DNA from: Epithemia pelagica
Taxonomy: Eukaryota > Protista > Bacillariophyta
Assembly (NCBI GenBank): GCA_946965045.2
Contig: OX337232.1
Span: forward strand, 1,364,001-1,428,000
Reading direction: 5' to 3'
DNA: 64,000 nt
In this document: positions 56,121 to 64,000 of the stretch, in pieces
Layout: the number at the start of each line of letters is the position of its first letter
How positions within the stretch are numbered: the stretch's first letter is position 1
Position numbers and translations under genes: made by a program
Notes under the pieces: model-generated
Seen by the model: the letters and a program-made list of their open reading frames with translations, nothing else
The model's database searches: none
What the model was told of the DNA's origin: nothing

Positions 56121-57537
56121 ATGGCAGCGGAAGAGCAAAAGGCCTGGGAAGCAGCAGCGGCAGCGTACGATGGGGGTAAAGGGATAGCCCTGGAAGAGTA
56201 CGATCCTGATGACAATAACGATATGGTACTAGCCTCTCAGGCCTTGCAGGTAACTGACCCGCATGCAAAGAGAAGACTTAAGCGATTCATTCGAAATCTC
56301 CAACAACAACGACAGCAACAACAAGGTAAGTCTAGGTTTGCGTCTCTTCCTCAGCTTAATTGTGTGGATGTTACATACTTTGTTTGTTCTCCAGTAACAC
56401 TCACGTGCCTTTTTTGATACCTTGACCCGGTCAATTCAAATGTTCTGTTATTATTTTCAATCAATCAAATTCAAAATGCTGTTCACGGTTGTGTCTTGAT
56501 TCAAAAAGAAGGTAAGTTTAATGCAAAACTGAATCTTTCTTGATCCCTTGACTAATCCAAAACTTAAAACTTTGTTTCGATTTATTTTGTTGTTGATCTT
56601 GCGACTGGGTTGTGCAGCCCAACAGCGACCACAGCAACAAGAAGGTATGTTGAGGCAGCCGCAGCCGGTGTTTATGATCGGGGCCATCGTCAGAGGAGCG
56701 AAACAGTCGAACGGCGCGCGAGGGAATGTGTTCAAGTTTCTGGAAAGGCACTGCGGTCACTATTCAGAACAAGAAGGAATTCAAATCCGTTACGAGAACG
56801 ATGATTTACATATCAAAGCCTACTTTGTATCATACGAAGCGGCATGTCAACTGCAGACAGCGCTGAATGAATGGGAAATTCATAAAGAACTCGCTAATTT
56901 GAGAGGTGTTGCTCTTGATCCGCTCACACCCGCCGGAATTTCCATGCCTCCGGACTTGAAACGCATTTATTTGCAGGATTACCAACCGCAGGATAGTGAA
57001 TCACCCTGTCAAACACTGGATCAACTGCATTCTTACCGTCTTTCCGTGCCCGTTACGGAGCCCGTGGAACCAAATACACCGCTCGTTCGCTATCAAAGCA
57101 TCGACAAGCTCGTCCCTCATCTCAAGCACTACAAATGTCACTTGAAAGACAAGGCCAAATTTCAGCGGCTTCAAACCAACGAAAACAACATGCTCGCAGC
57201 AAGTTGGACTTTTCATCAACAATTGGTTGGCCTCAACGTGGATGAAGGGATGCCTCTAGCAGCTATCTCTGTCAAAGAAGCTTCCAGGTGCCGGATCGCG
57301 GCACATGACGACCGATACCGTGTGACACTCTCCATTAAATTCTTCTACCCAGAACTTGCATCCTCATTTGCCGCTCTGGAAGGGGCACACATGGTGGTAG
57401 ATGATGACGGTTCCCGCTACTGGGAGACGGTTGTCCACGTGAAAGACAAAAAACTATTTTTGGAATGTATTGAGTGGAAGTTTCAGGACACCACAAAACA
57501 GTGGCAAAATCACAGAGAATTTCTGGAGCAGGAGTAA
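56121..57537 (+). CDS. Crinkler-like protein with short helical header, Q-rich linker and C-terminal HNH-like nuclease domain
   Basis: Exon 56121-56325, then a GTAAGT donor, then the phase-compatible acceptor TGTGCAG at 56617. The C-terminal RYQSID..YKCHLKDK..NENNMLAASWTFHQQLVG resembles the HNH_2 pattern (H..N..H..D) with the Asp replaced. Confidence 0.55.
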
Positions 57538-57897
57538 TTATTATCTTCATCTTCGTCTTTAGCCTTAGCATTGGAGCGAGGGGAAATTGCAGAATCAGGG
57601 GAAAAAGTTAAAACACAAGGAAAAACTGAAGAAGTATCAGGCCGAACTAAAGAAGGAAGAAGAAGATACCATGGCCCGGATTTTAGACGTCAGTTTTTAT
57701 TGATGGATATTGACAATGTAATACCAAGAGATTTGAGCAAACAGAAAAGCAACTGGTAGCATCACTTTAGGTATTTGTTTAGAATACAATTCCTTAGTTA
57801 CCTACCAAAAGAGACTCAATTCAAACAAAATAAGAAGTATATATGTTTCTTGTTCCAATTCTAGAACTAATTGTTGAAACAACAGTAGATACAACAA

Positions 57898-59525
57898 TCA
57901 ACAAATACTAGAGTTGTTGTTTCCTTTTGTTCGGGCTGGTTGTTTCGTTTCTATAAACTCTACGCGGTGGACTTGTAACCACATGGGGTACTCGCGCGGT
58001 TCATGGTGCTGGAAGACTTGGTTGAAGTGTTGCTTCAGGGCTGTTTCGGTGATTCGTGGGAGAGCCGCTTCCTCCTGGTGGTTCGCCTTGTGGCGGACGA
58101 CCAGGTTGAGGTGGATGGCTGCGGGTGGGTCCTTGTTTCCGCTGTGGTTCAAGGGCTTGGTGGTTGGAGACTTGTACGGGTTCCGGATTGGCGGTCGGAG
58201 AGGTGTTGTCGTAGAGGGTGTTCCGTTGGTGTTGTCGTCGTTTTCGTGGTGTTCATCTTCGTGCTCTGTGGTGGGTTCTGTTTCTTTGGCGTCGTGGTGG
58301 TGTGCCTGGTTGTGGGGGGTTGTGATTCGGTTGGTGTAATGGAGTCGATGTGGTGGTGTCGCCGTGTTGGAGGCGAATCGGTTGATGTCTCCCGGGGTGT
58401 TTGTTGTGTTGTTGTCGTTCGTCGGGTTTTCGTCGTCGGGAGAGGGTGGCTGGTGGTGTTTCGGGTTGGTTGCCTCATCGGCGGTGGTGTTGTCGTTGTT
58501 GGTGTCGGTTGTGGGGGTGGTTGGTTGAGGAGTTGGTGGCAGGGGTGTTGTTCTGGTTGTGGTGGCATTCTTTTTCTGTGGTTTTTTCGGTGGATCCTTT
58601 CCTGGGTTTTTGTCAGCGGATTTTTTGGTTTGGTGGATGTTGTGGTTTTTCTTGCGCTGGCTGGGGTCCGGAGTGATGGGAATGGCGCTGGCTTCGTGAC
58701 GGTGGGCGGAAGCGAGAGGAGTGTTTCCTGGCGTGGCTTGGTGGTCCGGGTTTGGTTCTTTGGGAGGGTTCCCCCCTTTCTTGTGCGCCCCAGACTGGGA
58801 GCGGGTGGTGACTGAGCGGAGCATGGCGGATGCCGGCTTCTTCCTGGAGGAGTGTGCGAGTTTCGAGTGGGCTTGCATGCTGATGGCTTGAGTTTTGGCG
58901 GGCTTTTCGTTCTCGTTGGTTTCCAATGACGACTTGAACCTGTTCGGCATTGTGGGCGAATCTGGAGGTGGCGGGCTGTGGAGCTCTTTTTCCTGTCGGA
59001 ATTTGTTGGCGAGGCTGGCCATGTCGACAATTGACTGTTGACGTGGCGAGTGGGTGGAGTACCGGTTGTCCGTCTGGGTCGCCACCGATTTCGTGGAACT
59101 ACGGGGACGAAGGGGCTTGTTGTCGTTGGGCATGGTTGGTTGGTGACGTCTTTGTTTGTTGTCGTTGTGTGCTTCATTGGTTTGAGTTTCTGGCCGTTTG
59201 GGCGGGGCTGGTGTGGTTGTTGTTGTGCCGTGTTGGTTTTGCATGGTTGGTGGGGCGGTCGGACCCTGGCTTTTGGCGATTGGGCCGCTTTGGGAGGTGG
59301 CGGGGTTTCGACCATGGTGTCCGAGGCGTCGAGCATCCTTGTTGCGATTGCAAAATCTTTGCCGTGCGGTAGAACGATGTTGGGTTTTCCGGGAAAGCCC
59401 ACGGCGGGTCCGCGCTGTCCACCATCGTGGAGAAGGGGAGGGGGACGCGGGAGGGTATGCTTACTGGAACGGTCGGCCGGCGGGTTCATCTTTGTCAGTT
59501 CACTTTGCTGAACAATCTTCATCAT
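57898..59525 (-). mobile_element. Probable degenerate ORF1-like relic of a second non-LTR retroelement
   Basis: Two overlapping frameshifted P/T/N/H-rich ORFs with the same A/C strand skew as the CRE ORF1 and a shared NRYS motif. No RT follows. Confidence 0.35.
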
Positions 59526-61141
59526 GGGGGAAGTTATCTTGGGAGCCCAACCTCCCCAAGTTCGGTCATGCCCCGAGACTGCACCATCTATCTACAAGTA
59601 CGAGCTCCACCGCATGAAAGTTCTTCGCGCAGTAGCCCGTGCTTCACCAACTGATGAGACTTCCGCCCAACGAGATTCACTACACCATACATTTTCCAAG
59701 AGTAAAATGAATTGCCCCTCATCCACGGTTGATTTTCTCGTAAGGTTACCTCGTACCGATGAAACCTCTCACCATGATACGAGTATGCGATTACCCTTCC
59801 TGTACGAGTAGTTAAACAACAATCATACTAGTGCAAAATGTACAAACCGCTTCCTAATGATAAGCCTATTTTATGTTACCACCACCACTGCTGCTTGTGG
59901 TCGTTGTTATAGGAGATTGTTGCATTCAGCCGAGACGAGGAGTTCATTGTTGAGTTTGGCCCCGTTGTCGTGGCACCGGATTGTCTCTTTCAGCCAAACC
60001 AAGGAGTTGATTGTTGCGCTTGTTGTAGAACCGTAGAACTGAGAGAGACAGAGATGGAGAGCAGCTGGTGATTGGTGTGTTTGTTGTCATTGTCATTATC
60101 GTGGCCCCGAAGTGTTTCACTCGGCCGAACCAACCAGTTGATTGTTATGATGGGGACATGCACTGCCACGCGAGGCCAAAACCAATTGGTTACATGTACT
60201 TGGTTGTGTCTGTGGTCATGGTTGTGGGTGTCGTATCATCATCACCATCCGATGGCTCGGTCGTTGTGGTTGTTGGTTATGTCATTGTGATTCTCCATCC
60301 TGTTCTGGTTGTGGCAACATCGGCCGAGGAGGCTGCCAAAAAGTGAAGGGAAGTCTCCCTCCATTGTTGCACCATAACACTACCTTTCAGTTGTTTATTG
60401 TTGTGTCCTTAGGTCCAGTACAACCTCGGTGTTGTTGTTGTTGTTGCCATCTGTGGTCCTGTCTTGGTCGTTGTCGCTTCTCATCAACTTGTCGAACCAA
60501 ACAGTTTGCCGCTCGCAAGGCTCTTCGACCAAGGCCACCACAGCTCCACGGCGTCCACTCCTTCTTCTTCCTCTCGAACTCTGTTGTCGGAAGCAGCCGC
60601 ACCACGGGCATCACCATCCTTGATGGCAGTAGAAGCCCCTTCGACCCACGGTTGACACTTGTTTTGTTAGGACTAGTCAGGCTTTTGTTGCGTTAGAACC
60701 ACCAACGGACGAGGCGCGCATTTGTTGTGTTCGGACCAATCGATGACGACGAGTTGATTGATGCGAGAAGAGAGATGCTGGATTCATTATATCGATTGTC
60801 ATCGTCTTCTTTCCACGGTCACTTACTTCGCTCCGGTTGCCAAAAATGGAAGGTCTTCCAAATCTTCCTGTAGCTCCACAGATTTTCACAGTTCATCCCT
60901 TCCCGTCCATTCCCTCACGGTACACATGAAGATCAAGCTTCCTGGATGGTCGGCGGAGTGCTAGCACCTTTCGTTGGAGGTGCACACCGGCTTGAGTGTG
61001 CCATGGTGGTGTTATGCAGTGCAAAATGACCGTAATGCTCTTCCTACCAAGTTAGAATCACTATAGAAAAAACAGTGGAGGCCCTGAAAGCACGGGCTAC
61101 TGCGCGAAGAACTTTCGTGCGGTGGAGCTCGTACTCGTAGC

Positions 61142-61265
61142 CGATGATCGTGATACAAAGGGGAAAGGCTATAACACAGCGTTGACAGGGGCTATTATGA
61201 TGAGTTAGATTGTACTGTTACGGATAATGAAATCTGATTGGGTTCATAGCTTAATATTAAAGCCT
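61142..61265 (+). repeat. Dispersed repeat, copy 2 (partner at 40077-40214)
   Basis: Same orientation as copy 1; see that entry. Confidence 0.9.
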
Positions 61266-61502
61266 GCATCCCTTCTATAAAATTTAGAATTTAGGCCATT
61301 GGGAGGCACAATAAAATATTATTCGAAAGCAAGATCTGTTACACGTCATTTGAGTGCAAAAGACATTTGAATGCAATGCAATCATTAATTTGTCGGAACA
61401 AATGATTGCATGTTTCTGCGACCATTTGATTTGTCGGGTTCAGTCACGGATTACCTCAACCCCTAGATCTTCATCCAACATCCTCATCGTTCAACATCCC
61501 AT

Positions 61503-63353
61503 ATGTTATCCCTCACAACGACACTACTCCTTTTCCATCCATTGCTGCTTCCAGAACAATCAACCATGTCTCAGGCTAACAAGAAGACGAAGCCTTTGAT
61601 CAAACATAAGAGAAACTCCAACCGAATAAACCGCCCTCCAGGAATCATTCATGTGTACCAGAGTGTTCGCAACCCTGTCAAACATGAACTGTTTTGTTTT
61701 GACACGGACAATTTCAATCTTCTTCTGACAGAGATGGTATCCCTCTGTCTACCATCCTTCCTCCAAGTCATCTTTGTGCGTCAATGCACACAACAACTGA
61801 ACCAACATTTTCCACACCCATCTGTCAGATCATCTGTACCTGATACCCCCATCTTGATTCCCCATATTCGGCAGGCTCTATCTGATTTACAATCAACATC
61901 CAGTTCCATACCAGGTCAACATTCTCTCCAAATTCAAGAAGCTGTATCCCTGCAATTGACTCATGAATTGCATGATGCCTTCTTGGTTGACTGCGTATTG
62001 TCCCGGACACACAAAAAGCCACGCATTCCAGATGAGTCCCCATATTACGAATTGGTTCATAGAACCCGTACCTCCAGAGAACTCTGTTCCGATCAGTTCG
62101 ACGATATTTTCCGTACAGATATTATCATATTCCCGTACACATCTGTGTTTTGGACTTCTGCCTTTGTTTCTGACCCGACGAGAATTTTCAGTGAAGTACA
62201 GAGTGGTATTGGGAGCACAATCACTACTTCATCCCTTGTACCTCTGCCAATTTCGTGGCTCCGGATAGTGTACAAAACAGACCAGCCTGCATTGGGAAGC
62301 TTTATCAAGAAAATCAACCAAGTGTGGACGGTTAATCACATCACGGGCATGAAGAATCCCAAGGTTGTTCACAGTATTCAGTTTCATGACGCTGATGACG
62401 ACACTCCTTTGCTCCCTCCTGATTATTTTGGCACTAACATTTTTACAGGAGTACGTAACAGACGTCTTTTTTATCGGGCCCTATTTGAACGTTCACATTC
62501 CAACAAGGTCCGATGTCGGCGTTATGTTCCTGAAGCTCTTTATCAGAATTTGCACGATTCTACAGCCTATGTACATGATCCACGTTCAAAAGAGAGAATG
62601 ATTTATGCCTTTCAGACCACAATATTGGATGCAAATAAACGCCCCACAGGCCAATCAAACATTGTCGTATCTTTCTTGAAGTCTTCCAACAACTTGTACC
62701 AAGACTTGTCACTAGCTTCGAACGAGGTCGTTAGAGATACAACATTATCATCACGTGGGAATGCGCGTCGAAATGCAGGTGATTATGGACAAATGAATGG
62801 GTACGGTGTCATGTTTGATCGCTATAAACGGACGAACAAGTGCATTTCATTGCCCGACAACAAAAAGCTAAAAGATTATGTCAAGTCCGTATGTCTTGGA
62901 GTTGCTGAATTGGCTGACCAACAATACCCAGGTGTGCGATCTCTTTTTCAGAGTTTGCGTGAGCAATCTGGCATTACGATTCCTGAGGAATTTGGTGGTG
63001 TGAATGGATTTTCTTCTAACATTGCGATTAGTGTCGATTTGGAAAATGCATCACACGTTGATGTCAACGATGCCAGTGTGTGTATTGTTACATTTGCAGA
63101 GACTACGCCACATTCCACTACAGATTGGTACTTTGTATTTCCAGATACTTTGCTCCGAGTCAATGGCCATTCGTACAATGGTCTGGTTATAAAACTTACA
63201 CATGGCATAACCATATTGTTTGACGGAAGGGTTAGGGTTTTTGCACAGACTTGTCCTCCCTTTGCATCGACTTGTTGGCTTCTTGTGACGACTTGCCTCC
63301 TTCTTGCATTGACTTGTTGGATTGTTGTAAGGACATGTCCACAGATTCTTTAA
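61503..63353 (+). CDS. TET/JBP-like 2OG-Fe(II) dioxygenase domain protein, apparently 3'-truncated
   Basis: GDYGQMNGYG, FSSNIAISVDLENASHVDVND (HxD), DWYFVFP, GLVIKLTHGITILFDGR. The expected distal His after DGR is absent, and the ORF runs on antisense into the next gene. Confidence 0.55.
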   Translation: MLSLTTTLLLFHPLLLPEQSTMSQANKKTKPLIKHKRNSNRINRPPGIIHVYQSVRNPVKHELFCFDTDNFNLLLTEMVSLCLPSFLQVIFVRQCTQQLNQHFPHPSVRSSVPDTPILIPHIRQALSDLQSTSSSIPGQHSLQIQEAVSLQLTHELHDAFLVDCVLSRTHKKPRIPDESPYYELVHRTRTSRELCSDQFDDIFRTDIIIFPYTSVFWTSAFVSDPTRIFSEVQSGIGSTITTSSLVPLPISWLRIVYKTDQPALGSFIKKINQVWTVNHITGMKNPKVVHSIQFHDADDDTPLLPPDYFGTNIFTGVRNRRLFYRALFERSHSNKVRCRRYVPEALYQNLHDSTAYVHDPRSKERMIYAFQTTILDANKRPTGQSNIVVSFLKSSNNLYQDLSLASNEVVRDTTLSSRGNARRNAGDYGQMNGYGVMFDRYKRTNKCISLPDNKKLKDYVKSVCLGVAELADQQYPGVRSLFQSLREQSGITIPEEFGGVNGFSSNIAISVDLENASHVDVNDASVCIVTFAETTPHSTTDWYFVFPDTLLRVNGHSYNGLVIKLTHGITILFDGRVRVFAQTCPPFASTCWLLVTTCLLLALTCWIVVRTCPQIL

Positions 63354-64000
63354 ATTTGTCTACCGACTTGTCCACTTGTTGATCCAGCTTATTGAGTTGT
63401 GGCTTTGCCTTGTCCACTTTGGGCACTGTTTTGTGGACTTGTAGCATGGGTCCATCACCTTCTTTTTCCACCTCTTGGAACGAGGTTATCTTCTTTTTGT
63501 CCCCAATTCCTTGCACCCGTTTGAGTTTTTTGAGCTTCACCTCCCGAAGCATCAAAGCATTCTCTATTTTACTAGGCTTTATGTTTCCATCCAGATCCAT
63601 GGCGTCCCCATGAGGAATAACTTGTTTACATACAAGGGACAAATCGAGTGCACTCGGTTTGCATTCATCATCAGGGCACAATGTGCCTTTGGATTTCTTT
63701 TTTGCGCGTGTATTCACCACCGAAGAACGTCGTTTTGTCGAACTATGTGTAGTTCCAGTGTGTTTTGTCAAGGTGCTTGTTGCTGTTGACCTTGTAAATC
63801 GTCGACGTCCTTTGGAGCTGCTGTTCTTTGACAACTTTTCATCGTTCGTGGGTGATTCCTTGGTGGAGCGTGTAACACGTGTCGGTGATGGATCATTTTC
63901 CCGAGGATCCGATGAAGCCGAGGAAGATGAAGAAAAATGGCTATCGGATTCATCGGGTGAGTCATTTTGATTATGACGATTGGTGGCTTCTCCTGATAGC
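63232..64000 (-). CDS. Partial ORF: S/D-rich disordered region, basic region and heptad (xKS) coiled-coil tail; 5' end outside the window
   Basis: The frame of ORF 63232..63834 stays open to the window edge. Tail DKSVDKFKESVDMSLQQSNKSMQEGGKSSQEANKSMQREDKSVQKP. Confidence 0.5.
   Translation of the reverse strand, partial: LSGEATNRHNQNDSPDESDSHFSSSSSASSDPRENDPSPTRVTRSTKESPTNDEKLSKNSSSKGRRRFTRSTATSTLTKHTGTTHSSTKRRSSVVNTRAKKKSKGTLCPDDECKPSALDLSLVCKQVIPHGDAMDLDGNIKPSKIENALMLREVKLKKLKRVQGIGDKKKITSFQEVEKEGDGPMLQVHKTVPKVDKAKPQLNKLDQQVDKSVDKFKESVDMSLQQSNKSMQEGGKSSQEANKSMQREDKSVQKP

Noticed and set aside
59650-61140. Short ORFs and GTT/CAT-rich tracts
   Set aside because: No supportable gene or element boundaries; possibly decayed repeat DNA.
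40077-61265. LTR retrotransposon defined by the two direct repeats
   Set aside because: The repeats lack TG..CA ends, PBS and PPT, and there is no gag/protease/integrase between them.
63231-63240. TTAGGG telomere-like hexamer at the junction
   Set aside because: A single copy is expected by chance.
1-64000. CRISPR arrays, rRNA, tRNA and prokaryotic operons
   Set aside because: No repeat-spacer array or recognisable structural RNA was seen. Spliceosomal introns show the DNA is eukaryotic.

Overview
Eukaryotic, gene-dense DNA with short GT-AG introns (about 70-180 bp). It is most likely from a diatom, because it carries a diatom-type SET/aminopropyltransferase/AdoMetDC/Tudor fusion gene. Positions 1-40 kb are core genome with about 18 genes. 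Several are unusual fusions: pectinacetylesterase/Notum-ABCG, DUF1244-MogA, CBS-PTC7 phosphatase, and a voltage-sensor adenylyl cyclase. This part also holds a 297-bp hAT-type MITE with an 8-bp TSD. Positions 40-64 kb are an accessory, mobile island. It contains two Crinkler/RHS-like nuclease genes, a near full-length two-ORF CRE-clade non-LTR retrotransposon, and a TET/JBP-like dioxygenase gene that appears cut off at its 3' end. The top finding is a complete 7,805-bp DNA transposon (48146-55950). It has bipartite 76-bp TIRs and a perfect 9-bp TSD (AGCAACCAA), and encodes an intact RecQ-like helicase convergent with a 1,754-aa DUF6589-like DDE transposase. This matches the AcademH lineage, which to my recollection was described only from animals and fungi. 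All family assignments come from motif recognition by eye; no database searches were run. Three one-base frameshifts fall in homopolymers and may be assembly errors.
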